The notes below the pieces were generated by a model. That model saw only the letters and a list, made by a program, of their open reading frames with translations, was not told the DNA's origin and searched no databases. Made by a program: the position numbers and the translations under genes. DNA of 64,000 nucleotides from Nitrosopumilus sp. (GTDB lineage: Archaea; Thermoproteota; Nitrososphaeria; Nitrososphaerales; Nitrosopumilaceae): assembly GCA_965205425.1 (NCBI GenBank), contig CBDBGZ010000009.1, positions 1 through 64,000 of the forward strand, written 5' to 3'. Positions 27,231 through 37,501 of this stretch are shown in pieces. Every line of letters starts with the position of its first letter. Position 1 is the first letter of the stretch.

Positions 27231-28330
27231 GCAGGCATTATTTTGTATTTTTCATTTGCCAATTTCCATTCCTTAACTTTTTCAAGTTCTATCTCTAGAT
27301 TTTTTAAAGTACTTTCCATATCACCTATAGTTTCTTCAACTTTAGAATTATCAGAAATTGTCAGACTAGACTCAATTTTCAAGTATGTTTTGAGCCTATC
27401 TTGAGAATTTTGCTTGAAATATACCAATTTTAGACTCTTGTGACCCATCAAGGCCTCTGCAAAATCAGATTGATAAGCACTAGTCACTTGTGTTTTAAAC
27501 CATTTTCTAAAAGCGTGAAAATGAATACGATATTGGCCATTTTTATTTCTATTCCCAAGATCAGGAACGGATTCAACAGTTTTTCGTAACGAGTTCATCA
27601 AAGACCCCCTTGCAGCTTGAAATGCAGCAAAATATTCAGTGGAATCTATAGAAGATAAACAATTCATAAACAAATAGAAATCATTTGAAGATATTTTTTC
27701 TTGTCTTTTCTGGATATAGTCATGTAGTAAATCAGAAGACTCCTTAGTAATATGAGTAAATCTTGTTTCACGAGTTTTTGTTGTTTCTCTTCTTATCCTA
27801 ATTGTTGCAGGGTTTGTGGTAAAATCAATATCAGATAATCTGAGTTGTGTTATTTCACCTATACGCATTCCACTTGAACAAGCTAGGAGAATTGCTGTTT
27901 GTAGTTTTTGAGAAGAGTTATGAAGTAATCTAACCAGTTCTTTTTTTGGGATTCCTTCCTCATAGAAGACCTCACGTTTTGGAGATCTAAATCGTTGTTT
28001 TAGATCTTCAGAATATATTTTCAATCCATTAAAGTTAAGAAAATCTTTTGATATACACAAATTACCACATATTGTGCTGTTACGCAAGTTATGTTCAGAC
28101 ATGAAACTATAGTATTCATCCAAAAGAATTACAGGATCTTTTTTCTTTTGTTTCAAATCTATTAGAATTTCTTGTAAGGTTGTTTGTGTGGATATTAGAA
28201 AACGGTTAAAATTTCTTAATGCAACCTTGTAGCCTCTTTTGGTATTATGACTCTTAGAAATACGATAAACACGCTCAAGATAAGACTCAATTTGTGAATC
28301 TATTGTATGCATATTGAATATATTCAACAT
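27227..28330 (-). CDS. Tyrosine recombinase/integrase
   Basis: SSGMRIGE, TTKT, HAFRK, LMGH, VY; SAM-like N-domain. Confidence 0.93.
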   Translation of the reverse strand: MLNIFNMHTIDSQIESYLERVYRISKSHNTKRGYKVALRNFNRFLISTQTTLQEILIDLKQKKKDPVILLDEYYSFMSEHNLRNSTICGNLCISKDFLNFNGLKIYSEDLKQRFRSPKREVFYEEGIPKKELVRLLHNSSQKLQTAILLACSSGMRIGEITQLRLSDIDFTTNPATIRIRRETTKTRETRFTHITKESSDLLHDYIQKRQEKISSNDFYLFMNCLSSIDSTEYFAAFQAARGSLMNSLRKTVESVPDLGNRNKNGQYRIHFHAFRKWFKTQVTSAYQSDFAEALMGHKSLKLVYFKQNSQDRLKTYLKIESSLTISDNSKVEETIGDMESTLKNLEIELEKVKEWKLANEKYKIMPA

Positions 28331-28349
28331 ATTCTATATAAAATAAGTG

Positions 28350-28379
28350 ATTAGGTGTTATTTTAAAATAAGGTCTAAT
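28350..28379. other. Candidate att/recombination site (imperfect 11-6-11 palindrome)
   Basis: A-TTAGGTGTTAT-TTTAAA-ATAAGGTCTAA-T between the integrase start and the hemD stop. Confidence 0.4.
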
Positions 28380-28410
28380 AGCTTCAGCTAAATTTTGGAG
28401 TTTGGATAAT

Positions 28411-29214
28411 CTAACTAAGACTAGTTTTCAATGTGTTAAATGCTCCAGCGACCGTATGTATCTCAGATACTACATAAGAAACATCAAATTTCTTTAGTTC
28501 CTCAGATGTGAAAGGACCAATACAGACTAGAGATAATTTTGATAGGTGGTTAATCAAATCAGATTTTTCATAATCTTTTTGCATAATTTCAAAGAATCCA
28601 CGAACAGATGATGCACTAGTGAATATCACACCATCAATTTTATTTTGAGAGAATGATTCGCGAAATCCATTCCATTGAGTTGTGTCTCTAAATGCACACA
28701 CATCATACAGATGAATTTCTACAACATTGATACCAATCTTGTTTAGTAATTCTTTAAGAAAAGGATTTGATGCGCCGCTACGAGGAATAATTACTTTTTT
28801 ACCAACTGCTTTGATTTGAGAGAATTCCTCACCAACTCCTACTGAAGAATTGTTTTTTGGTTCATGGTTTACTTTAATACCATACGTATTGAGAGTTGCC
28901 GTAGTTTTAGGACCTACAGACATTACCATGGTATTTGCAACTGACAATTGTAATTTTTCAAAGTTTCCAACATTTTTTGCAGTATCAAATAGTATCTTTA
29001 CTGCTTTTGAGCTTAGAAATACAGAGTAATCAGGATGTTCAGTGTCAATTAGATTCAAAAAATCATCAACAATTTTTTCCCCCTTACTGACAAGTTCTAT
29101 TGTAGGTAACGGAATTGGAGTTACATTATTTTCTTCAGCAAGTGAAATGAATTCATATGCATCATCTTTTGAGCGAGTAATGGCTATAGTTTTTCCATCA
29201 AGCATCATTTCCAA
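28411..29214 (-). CDS. hemD: Uroporphyrinogen-III synthase
   Basis: IAITR, FLSSKAV, VGPKT, FTSASSV, IGPFT; hem operon context. Confidence 0.92.
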   Translation of the reverse strand: MEMMLDGKTIAITRSKDDAYEFISLAEENNVTPIPLPTIELVSKGEKIVDDFLNLIDTEHPDYSVFLSSKAVKILFDTAKNVGNFEKLQLSVANTMVMSVGPKTTATLNTYGIKVNHEPKNNSSVGVGEEFSQIKAVGKKVIIPRSGASNPFLKELLNKIGINVVEIHLYDVCAFRDTTQWNGFRESFSQNKIDGVIFTSASSVRGFFEIMQKDYEKSDLINHLSKLSLVCIGPFTSEELKKFDVSYVVSEIHTVAGAFNTLKTSLS

Positions 29215-29945
29215 CCCATAGTATCTGACAAATCAACAACATTGCCAATTATAATATTTGTAGGAGGAGTAATTTTATTTTCTTTGACTTTTTTTGCAAT
29301 ATTTGTGACTGTACCTTTGATCATTTTTTGTTTAGGAGTAGTTCCATTTTGAATAACAGCTACAGGAGTTTTTTTATCCATTCCACCTGCGATTAGTTGT
29401 TTACAGATTACATCAATTCTAGATAATCCCATCATAATTACAATAGTGTCAACTGATTTTGCCAGGTTTTTCCATTTGACAATTTCTTTTTTCTTTTCTG
29501 GATCTTCATGACCAGTTACAAAAACTACAGATGATGCATGTTTTCTATGAGTTAATGGAATACCAGCGTATGTTGCAGAACCAATTCCAGAAGTAATTCC
29601 TGGAACAATTTCATATTTTACTTTATTTTCTTTGAGAAACTCGGCTTCTTCACCACCACGTCCAAAGATAATTGGGTCGCCACCCTTTAGTCGAACTATA
29701 TTTTTGTAAGATTTTGCATATTGTATCATCAAATCATTAGTTGTGTTTTGATGTGTTGTATCATCACCTACTGCCCGACCAACATAGACTTTTTCAGCTT
29801 TTTTTGGAATCATTGAAATAATTTTTTTACTTACCAATCTATCATAAAGAACAACATCTGCTTTTTCAATTAATTCAACAGCACGTAATGTGATTAGTTT
29901 ACTATCTCCAGGGCCTGCACCAACAAGATACACTTTTCCAGTCAT
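29205..29945 (-). CDS. cobA: Uroporphyrinogen-III C-methyltransferase
   Basis: VYLVGAGPGD, RLKGGDP..FGRGGEE. Confidence 0.96.
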   Translation of the reverse strand: MTGKVYLVGAGPGDSKLITLRAVELIEKADVVLYDRLVSKKIISMIPKKAEKVYVGRAVGDDTTHQNTTNDLMIQYAKSYKNIVRLKGGDPIIFGRGGEEAEFLKENKVKYEIVPGITSGIGSATYAGIPLTHRKHASSVVFVTGHEDPEKKKEIVKWKNLAKSVDTIVIMMGLSRIDVICKQLIAGGMDKKTPVAVIQNGTTPKQKMIKGTVTNIAKKVKENKITPPTNIIIGNVVDLSDTMGWK

Positions 29946-30877
29946 GTCTTATTCCATTCCTCCACTTTTTCTCTCCAATTTAATGCAAGATCATTCACTC
30001 CTTTGGAACGTAGTTCTTCTCCTACACTTTTTCCCAAAGATTTAGGATCATCTTTGGTTCCAAGTTTATTTACCTGAATAGATTGTTTTCCATCTACAGA
30101 GAATGCAGATACAGTCAAAGTCATCTCAGAACCATTTGATTTAGCATATGCACCTAAAGGAAATCGACATCCAGAGTCAACATAATCAGAAAGTGAACGT
30201 TCAGCCTCAATTTCTAAACGAGAATCAGCATCTTCAATTTTTTTTAACATTGAAATTGTTTCAGCATCATCGGCTCTTGCAACAATAGCAATAGCACCTT
30301 GTCCAGGAGATGGAGAAAAATCTTCAATTGATAATGGAGAATGCGTTACATTAATTCCCAATCTAGAGATCCCAGCTTGTGCAAGAACAATAGCATCATA
30401 GTTCTCTCCAGATATTTTGTTAATTCTAGTTTCAATATTTCCGCGAATAGGTTTTACAACAACGTCAGGTCTTTTTCTAGACACTTGAACTGCCCTACGT
30501 AGTGAACTAGTTCCAATAACGGAACCTTCCTTGATGTCATCTAATGTTGAACCATCTGAAGAAATAAACACATCATTAACGGCTTCACGTTTTGGAATAG
30601 ATGCCAGTATTAGATTATCATCTAGTTCTGATGGAACATCTTTGAGACTATGTACAGCAAAATCAACTTCCTTTTGGGTAACTGCTCTATCAATTTCTTT
30701 TTCAAAAATTCCTTTTTGATCTATTGTAAATAATGGACGAGTATCAGTATCACCTTTTGTTGTAATTGGTTTAATTTCATATTCACAATCAGGATTTACT
30801 TTTTTTAATTCAGATATCACCCAATTTGTCTGTGCAACAGATAACTGACTTCCTCTAGCTCCAACTATGTACTTCAA
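29942..30877 (-). CDS. hemC: Hydroxymethylbilane synthase
   Basis: GARGSQL, AVHSLKDVP, GTSSLRR, RGNIETR. Confidence 0.97.
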   Translation of the reverse strand: MKYIVGARGSQLSVAQTNWVISELKKVNPDCEYEIKPITTKGDTDTRPLFTIDQKGIFEKEIDRAVTQKEVDFAVHSLKDVPSELDDNLILASIPKREAVNDVFISSDGSTLDDIKEGSVIGTSSLRRAVQVSRKRPDVVVKPIRGNIETRINKISGENYDAIVLAQAGISRLGINVTHSPLSIEDFSPSPGQGAIAIVARADDAETISMLKKIEDADSRLEIEAERSLSDYVDSGCRFPLGAYAKSNGSEMTLTVSAFSVDGKQSIQVNKLGTKDDPKSLGKSVGEELRSKGVNDLALNWREKVEEWNKT

Positions 30878-32154
30878 TTTTTCACCGACTTTAATGCAGA
30901 ATGATATGCGTCAAGTGTTTTGTTTAGATCAGTTTCAGTATGAGCATCAGAGAGAAAAACTACTTCAAACTGGGATGGAGCAATGAAAATTCTCTTTTTC
31001 AATAAAGTTTGGAATAATTTTTGGAATTTCTTTGCATTTGCATTCTTGGAAGTTTGATAATCTACAACAGGCTTGTTTGTAAAGAAAATCTGGAACATTG
31101 AGGCTGTAAAATTGATTTGGTGAGGGATTTTCATGTCAGTGGCCATGTCATCTAATGCAGTAGAGAATAGCAGATTAAATCTCTCAAGTTTTGAATATAG
31201 TTTATTTTTGATTTTGTTAATTGTTTTAATTGAACTAATAGCAGCACTAACAGAAATTGGATTGCCAGCAAATGTACTTGCTTGGTAAACTTTACCACCA
31301 GGAGAAAGTAAGTCCATAATTTCTTTTTTGCCACCAACTGCAGATATTGTAAATCCATTGCTTAGTGCTTTGGCCATTGTAGTAATGTCAGGTTTAATTC
31401 CAAAATGTTCTTGCGCTCCACCAGGTGCAACTCTAAAACCAGTAACTACCTCATCAAAAATTAATGGGATGTTATTTTCTTTAGTAATTTTTCGCAAATC
31501 AGAAAGGAAATTCTTTTCAGGTAAGATTAATCCCATGTTTGCAAGTATTGGTTCGACAATCACTCCAGCAATATCTTTATTTTTTCTAATTGTTTTTTGT
31601 AAATCTTCAATATTGTTATACTCTACAACTAGTGTGTTTTTTGAAACCTCATCCAACCCACCATCAGATACTGAAACACCATTATGTGCAGCACCAGATC
31701 CAGCTTTTACCAAAACAGAATCATGTGCACCATGATAACATCCTTCAAATTTTATAATTTTTTTCTTTTTTGTGAACCCACGTGCTAGTCTGATTGCAGT
31801 CATTGTTGCTTCCCCTCCAGTATTCATCAATCTTACTTTGTCAATAGACGGAAAATTTCCAATAATTAATTTTGAGAGTTCAATTTCAGACTCAGTTGGA
31901 GTACAGTACAGAGTACCTTTGGATAATTGGCTTGAAACAGATTTGATAATTTCTTTTCGTCTGTGTCCTAAGAGTAAAGCCCCATATCCATTGCAAAAAT
32001 CAATGTAACGATTGTTATCAGCATCCCAGATGTATGCCCCATTGGCTTTTTTTGTAAAGAATGGATATGGCTCAAAATATCTAACAGGACTATTAACTCC
32101 TGATGGGATTACTTTTTTTGCAATATTGAATAATTTCTTGGATTCAGACACCAT
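30874..32154 (-). CDS. hemL: Glutamate-1-semialdehyde 2,1-aminomutase (start adjusted to MVSESKK)
   Basis: GVNSPVR, FEGCYHG, FDEVVTGFR, PDITTMAK. Confidence 0.96.
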   Translation of the reverse strand: MVSESKKLFNIAKKVIPSGVNSPVRYFEPYPFFTKKANGAYIWDADNNRYIDFCNGYGALLLGHRRKEIIKSVSSQLSKGTLYCTPTESEIELSKLIIGNFPSIDKVRLMNTGGEATMTAIRLARGFTKKKKIIKFEGCYHGAHDSVLVKAGSGAAHNGVSVSDGGLDEVSKNTLVVEYNNIEDLQKTIRKNKDIAGVIVEPILANMGLILPEKNFLSDLRKITKENNIPLIFDEVVTGFRVAPGGAQEHFGIKPDITTMAKALSNGFTISAVGGKKEIMDLLSPGGKVYQASTFAGNPISVSAAISSIKTINKIKNKLYSKLERFNLLFSTALDDMATDMKIPHQINFTASMFQIFFTNKPVVDYQTSKNANAKKFQKLFQTLLKKRIFIAPSQFEVVFLSDAHTETDLNKTLDAYHSALKSVKN

Positions 32155-32176
32155 TGACTGATGTTTTGGGTCATTA

Positions 32177-32860
32177 TTATTCGTAATTTGAGGCTCTTTG
32201 TGCTTGGAATTTCTTTCTAAAGAAGAATGCCGCAATAGTAGTTCCCACAAAGGGTGCAGTCCAATAAAGCCAAAGATGTTCAAAAGTTCCAGATAACAAT
32301 GCCGGAGCAAGAGCCCTAGCAGGATTCATCGATGCCCCTGAGATAAAAGCCAAAAATAGAATATCCAAACCAACTATTCCTCCAATTGCAACCCCACTAA
32401 ATCCTCTCAAACCTTTGGTATAAACAACATAAAAGATAACTCCCATTAACATTGCAGAAGCTAAAACTTCAACTGGAAAAATTACAAACATTGAAAAATC
32501 AAGATTAGGGGCATTTGCTCCAAGATTTGCTTTTTCTCCAATAAATGTTAAAACAAAAAGAGAGCCAAGTATTGCACCAATTATCTCGGCTGCAAAATAA
32601 TATACCACTTGAATTTTCGATATGTGTCCGGTGACATAGTAGCCTATTGTTACTGCAGGATTAAAATGTGCAAGGGAAATTTTTCCAAAGGAGTAAACAC
32701 CAATTAGTAATGCAATAAACGGAGCAAGAGCTGCGAAAGGAATCCCCAATTTACCATCAAATACCTCAGCATCATAAACTATTGAACCAGTTGCAAAAAT
32801 TACAAGAATAAAAGTTCCAACTAATTCTACTGTAAAAATCTGCAAATTGGAATAGGCCAT
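32177..32860 (-). CDS. MIP/aquaporin family channel
   Basis: HFNPAVT and SMNPAR (two NPA motifs); lies in the ars cluster. Confidence 0.93.
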   Translation of the reverse strand: MAYSNLQIFTVELVGTFILVIFATGSIVYDAEVFDGKLGIPFAALAPFIALLIGVYSFGKISLAHFNPAVTIGYYVTGHISKIQVVYYFAAEIIGAILGSLFVLTFIGEKANLGANAPNLDFSMFVIFPVEVLASAMLMGVIFYVVYTKGLRGFSGVAIGGIVGLDILFLAFISGASMNPARALAPALLSGTFEHLWLYWTAPFVGTTIAAFFFRKKFQAQRASNYE

Positions 32861-33267
32861 TAACTTTTTGCCTCAAGGGTTTTGATAAAATTTTGTACTT
32901 CTAATTTTATTTTATCACGAATAATCCTTACATCATCGAGGGATTTTTCTTTGGGATCAGGGATGTCCCAATTAACTGTATCTTTTACAAACAGAGAGGG
33001 ACATGATTCTTTATCCATACATCCCATGTTGACAGTTTTAAAAGAATTGTTGATCATTGAATCAGATAACATTTTTGGTTGTTGATTTTCCATAATAATA
33101 CCAACTTCTTTCATTACCTGAATTACAATAGGATTGATTTGAGAAGAAGGAGTTGTACCAGCACTAGAAACGTTGAATGTATCAGAAGCAAATTTTCTAA
33201 AAAAAGCCTCAGCCATTTGACTTCTACCGGCATTTTCTACGCATACAAAGAGCACATTTTCAGGCAT
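32860..33267 (-). CDS. arsC: Arsenate reductase (LMW-PTP type)
   Basis: FVCVENAGRSQMAE, MGC, CP, WDIPDP. Confidence 0.92.
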   Translation of the reverse strand: MPENVLFVCVENAGRSQMAEAFFRKFASDTFNVSSAGTTPSSQINPIVIQVMKEVGIIMENQQPKMLSDSMINNSFKTVNMGCMDKESCPSLFVKDTVNWDIPDPKEKSLDDVRIIRDKIKLEVQNFIKTLEAKS

Positions 33268-33313
33268 ATTTTCACTATTACATAAATATTAGTTTATATA
33301 AATTTAAATTGAT

Positions 33314-33613
33314 ATGAATGGAGTTAGTCTCCTAAAGTGTATTTGTAACGAAACACGTTTTGAGATTTTAGAGATGTTACAAAAAAATAATGAATTATGT
33401 GTGAATGATTTTGTAGAAAGATTAGAAAAAGATCAACCACTAGTATCGCATCATCTAAAGACATTAAAAAAATGTGGAATAGTCAAATCAAGAGATGAAG
33501 GTAAAAAAGCAATGTATTCAATTTCAAACAATCAACTATCAGAATTAATTTCAAATGTCACAAAAACAAGTAAAAAAATTCCAGTTTTATGTTCAGATGA
33601 TAAGTGCTGTTAA
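33314..33613 (+). CDS. arsR: ArsR family regulator
   Basis: ELCVND, VSHHLKTL, C-terminal CC; divergent from arsC. Confidence 0.88.
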   Translation: MNGVSLLKCICNETRFEILEMLQKNNELCVNDFVERLEKDQPLVSHHLKTLKKCGIVKSRDEGKKAMYSISNNQLSELISNVTKTSKKIPVLCSDDKCC

Positions 33614-33912
33614 AATTTTTCCGTTCGGACTACGCCAACATCACTAACATAGAGAACTATAGCAAAGTTTGCAAATAATGTTCTTGAAATTTCTTCTACA
33701 ACATCTTGTAATTTTTCTTCACGCATAATTACTTCAACTTTAACATTTTTTTCAGTTTTTAATCCTTGCCCACGAATTCCACGTGCACCATTCCCATCAA
33801 CCTCATAGGTTGTATATCCAGTGATATCATGTTTGCTTAAAATTTCAATAATGTTCTTTTGAGTAAGAATCTCACAAGTAATTGTAAGTAATTTTACATT
33901 GTATAATTTCAT
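33610..33912 (-). CDS. sbtB: PII-like regulator of the bicarbonate transporter
   Basis: GYT..VDGNGARG, NVKVEVI, VVRTEKF; downstream of sbtA. Confidence 0.85.
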   Translation of the reverse strand: MKLYNVKLLTITCEILTQKNIIEILSKHDITGYTTYEVDGNGARGIRGQGLKTEKNVKVEVIMREEKLQDVVEEISRTLFANFAIVLYVSDVGVVRTEKF

Positions 33913-34994
33913 ATGAATCCCTTTGTTATGGAATTGAATAAGTCTATCGTTCCTTCTCCAGTATGTAGTAGTGTAGATATTGTAAACAGAATTGGCAATG
34001 TAATAATAATATTAAATGGAAATGTTATTCCCAAGGCAGATGTTATGTATAGACTTGGTTTTGCCTGAGGGATTGCATATCGTAAAATTGCAGGTGCTGC
34101 AATAAATGAAGCACTAGCCATCAATAATCCAAACATTACTGCACCTCCTATACTTAATCCAAGTACAGTTGCAACTAGAACACCAATTATTCCATTGAAT
34201 ACAGGGATAAGTATAGCAAACGACATAAGAAAAATACCTACTTTTTTGATATCATCAAGTCTTTGACCAGCAATGATTCCCATCTCAATCATAAAAATTA
34301 CTATTGCTCCAGTAAACAGATCATCAAATACAATCTTGATAGGTTCAAAACCCTCCTCACCAATAATGTAACCAATCACAATACTACCAAGTAGAATTAC
34401 AATTGCTTTTCCAGTAATGGATTCTTGCAATACTGTTGATAGTTTTGTTTTAGTTTGTTCAAATCCAACATCTATATCAGTGGAGTTATCATCGGTGAAA
34501 GATTGTTTCTTTGCTTTGATTTGTTTTGCTACAGCCATATTTGTCATAAATATTGCCATAATGAATGCAAGAGGTTCTAGTACTGCAAGAATTGCTGCAA
34601 TATATCCTTCTGATGTAACTCCTTGATTTTTCAAAAAGGATAAGCCAACAGAGAAATGAACTGCACCAACAGCACCATATGTAGATGCTAATGCATATGA
34701 GTCAAAAATATTGAACTTTCCAAGTCTTCGTAAAATTTGATAGTGGTTTAAAGTAAACAATAACGATAATCCAATTGCAGCTAGCATTGGAATCAACATA
34801 TTTTCAAATCCAGTATTACGCATTTCAATTCCACCATGCAAACCAATTGCTGCAAGCAGATAGATTGGTAAAAATTCTGAAATTGCTTCAGGAATTTTCA
34901 AATCAGATTTTATTCGAGCTGCAATAATTCCAAACAAGAAGAAAAGAATTATCGGAGTAAGTAAATTAGCTTGAATTAATTGTAATATGTCCAT
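33909..34994 (-). CDS. sbtA: Na+-dependent bicarbonate transporter
   Basis: KSDLKIP, YLLAAIGLHGG, ASASFIAAPA, ITFPFNI. Confidence 0.9.
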   Translation of the reverse strand: MDILQLIQANLLTPIILFFLFGIIAARIKSDLKIPEAISEFLPIYLLAAIGLHGGIEMRNTGFENMLIPMLAAIGLSLLFTLNHYQILRRLGKFNIFDSYALASTYGAVGAVHFSVGLSFLKNQGVTSEGYIAAILAVLEPLAFIMAIFMTNMAVAKQIKAKKQSFTDDNSTDIDVGFEQTKTKLSTVLQESITGKAIVILLGSIVIGYIIGEEGFEPIKIVFDDLFTGAIVIFMIEMGIIAGQRLDDIKKVGIFLMSFAILIPVFNGIIGVLVATVLGLSIGGAVMFGLLMASASFIAAPAILRYAIPQAKPSLYITSALGITFPFNIIITLPILFTISTLLHTGEGTIDLFNSITKGFI

Positions 34995-35048
34995 TTGAAT
35001 ACTTCAAAAAAAAATTTGCTGAAATAAAAACCAAGGTATTATTGAAAA

Positions 35049-36035
35049 TTAAACAAAGAGGTGAATCAGATAAGTAAATCCAATTCCCATTGCTGCAGCA
35101 CCAGGGATTGTAATAATCCATGAGAAAATAATCTGCCTACTAACTTTCCATCTTACTGCACGTTTTCTACGAGCAGCGCCTGAGCCCATAATTGTTCCTG
35201 TAATTGCGTGTGTGGTACTAGCAGGAATACCAAATACAGCAAATATTGCCAGCATCATTCCACCACTTGTTTCTGCAGCAAATCCTTGGTATGGTTTGAG
35301 TCTCGTAATTTTGACTCCAAGAGTTTTGATGACTTTGTATCCACCAAAGAAAGTACCAAGACCCATAGCTGCTGCTGCTGCAAAGATTACCCATAAAGGC
35401 ATTTCAAGATCTGGAACTAGTCCTGCCGAAAACAAAATTAAAACTATAATTCCCATTGTTTTTTGTCCATCGTTTGCTCCATGTGTCAATGCAAACCAAG
35501 CTGAAGAAATAATTTGTAATCTACCAAATGTTTTGTTTACAGGTCCAGGTTTTTTACTTGCAAAAATTGTAATAATTATAGTTGTAACTATAACTCCAAA
35601 AATTATTCCACCAATAGGAGCAATAACTATTCCTGCAAAAACTTTGGTTAAACCACCATAAACTAATTTTTCAAATCCTAATCCTGCAATACCCGCACCC
35701 ATTATTCCTCCAACTAAAGAATGACTGTTAGAAATTGGTAATCCAAAGTAGGTACACAATGTACTCCAACCAATTGCACCTGCAAGACCACCTACAATCA
35801 TGTAAACTGTGATATCATCAGGGCTGACAATTCCTTTTGCAATTGTTGCTGCAACAGCAACACCAAAGACGAATGGGCCAATGAAATTCATTGCTGCAGA
35901 TAAACCTACAGCATGGATTGGTTTTAGAACACGTGTTCCAATTACAGTAGCAACAGAATTTGCTGAATCATTAAATCCATTTACAAAATCAAAGATTAAT
36001 GCAACAATTATTGCACCTATTGCTATTTCTAACAT
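35049..36035 (-). CDS. pit: PiT inorganic phosphate transporter
   Basis: NGFNDSANSVAT, HGANDGQK, PASTTH. Confidence 0.93.
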   Translation of the reverse strand: MLEIAIGAIIVALIFDFVNGFNDSANSVATVIGTRVLKPIHAVGLSAAMNFIGPFVFGVAVAATIAKGIVSPDDITVYMIVGGLAGAIGWSTLCTYFGLPISNSHSLVGGIMGAGIAGLGFEKLVYGGLTKVFAGIVIAPIGGIIFGVIVTTIIITIFASKKPGPVNKTFGRLQIISSAWFALTHGANDGQKTMGIIVLILFSAGLVPDLEMPLWVIFAAAAAMGLGTFFGGYKVIKTLGVKITRLKPYQGFAAETSGGMMLAIFAVFGIPASTTHAITGTIMGSGAARRKRAVRWKVSRQIIFSWIITIPGAAAMGIGFTYLIHLFV

Positions 36036-36044
36036 TTAATCATC

Positions 36045-36674
36045 TCATGTATATTTTAAAACGATATCTTCGATTACATCTGCAACATCAACGCATCTAT
36101 CAGATGCAGTTTCCATTGTTTCGTAGATATCTTTTAGTTTGATGATTTTAATTGCATCATCACTTTCAAAGAGTTCTTTGATTGCTTCTCTATACAAGTC
36201 ATCAACAGTATGCTCAATATCACCAGTATTTCTACAATGTTCGATCATATCATTTGAATTTTTGATGTTTTGTAGTTTTGAGATCATATATTGTACTTCT
36301 TTTGTAGCTTTGACTAGTTCCTCGGCCATTTGTTGGGTATATGCTGGAGGAGTAGTGATTTTGTAACTGTATACTCTAGCTGCAATTCCATCCATGAAGT
36401 CAATTACATCATCAATTTTTGATGCAATTCTCTGCATATCCTCACGATCCAGAGGAGTGATGAATGTCTTGTTTAGTTCAGAAAAAATATCACGTGTTAA
36501 AACATCGGCCTCTGTTTCAAGTCGATGAATTTTTTGAACTTGTTCTAAATTATCAAGATTTTCGAATAAAACTACTACGGCTTCAGAGGTTTCAACTGCT
36601 TTTATTGCTAAATTGTCAAGAATTGTTAAAAGTTCTTTTTCATTGGATTTTACCCAAGATAACCATTGTCCCAT
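36045..36674 (-). CDS. DUF47/PhoU-like phosphate transport regulator
   Basis: LETEAD, FITPLDRED, DRCVDVA; upstream of pit. Confidence 0.9.
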   Translation of the reverse strand: MGQWLSWVKSNEKELLTILDNLAIKAVETSEAVVVLFENLDNLEQVQKIHRLETEADVLTRDIFSELNKTFITPLDREDMQRIASKIDDVIDFMDGIAARVYSYKITTPPAYTQQMAEELVKATKEVQYMISKLQNIKNSNDMIEHCRNTGDIEHTVDDLYREAIKELFESDDAIKIIKLKDIYETMETASDRCVDVADVIEDIVLKYT

Positions 36675-37370
36675 GATTCATTGAATGTAAATTTAGAGAT
36701 AAGGCTAGTGAACATAATGTCTATTGTTCTATATAGAGACATGATCAAAATACATATTTTATTTTGATCGAATATACTCAAAATTTATTTTAAAAAAAAT
36801 AAAAATAAGAAAAAAGGTAACTGTCTAGAGTTTTGAAGTAAAATCTCCAAGATATTCTAAAGAATAATCATGAAAGTTTAATCCTCATAATCTGCATGTC
36901 CCCTTTATACTCATCAGTATCTTATGAGAATCAGCACCATGAATGGTTCTATGACCGTTTGTAATTTTACGAATTATCACATTTGGTCTGATTGCCCTCT
37001 CTGCTGTGTTATTGTGTGAATCAGTTCCAGTAATTAGAAATGTAAAAAGCATTTTTCTCTCACGTTTCAATCGTTTTACAAACCTGATACAGTTTTTCTC
37101 TGTATATTTTTTTGATATGATGTGATTAATTCTCCTTTCAAGATTCTTTTTTGCGTGGATTCTTTCTGATTCTGATTTTATTTTTGCCACACCATGAGAG
37201 TCATAAATTATTTTCTTAAGATTCTTGGCAAATGGTACAAATTCTGGTCCGGGATTCTTGTGATTAATGATATCATTAACCTCTCTGAGATAATGGATGT
37301 GACATTTCTGGTGAGTTGTTCCAACATGGTTCCATGCAGGGTACGAATCACTTGTAATGTTGCCATTATA

Positions 37371-37501
37371 TAGCGAAAAGATAAAGTTCGTGAACTAAAA
37401 ATCATCAAAAAACTAGAGATTAGATGATTTTACCTAAGGTAAATACGAATAAACAATCTGAAACACCTTGAAAATAGTTCATGAACATATGCTTCTCGCT
37501 A
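37371..37501. mobile_element. 131-bp MITE of the IS630 type
   Basis: Imperfect 27-bp TIR TAGCGAAAAGATAAAGTTCGTGAACTA / TAGTTCATGAACATATGCTTCTCGCTA; TA duplication; left end identical to 38166-38194. Confidence 0.85.

Larger units (their letters stand above)
25426..28379. mobile_element. Remnant of a plasmid-like integrated element (RC-Rep, RHH, wHTH, tyrosine integrase)
   Basis: Gene content; abuts host hemD. Confidence 0.7.

Noticed and set aside
32155..32310. N-terminal extension of hemL in the ORF track
   Set aside because: It overlaps the aquaporin gene; HemL similarity begins at MVSESKK
37208..37408. 66-aa ORF and the MFWNN start of 37420-38208
   Set aside because: These are artefacts of the MITE and IS630 insertions in the IS66 transposase
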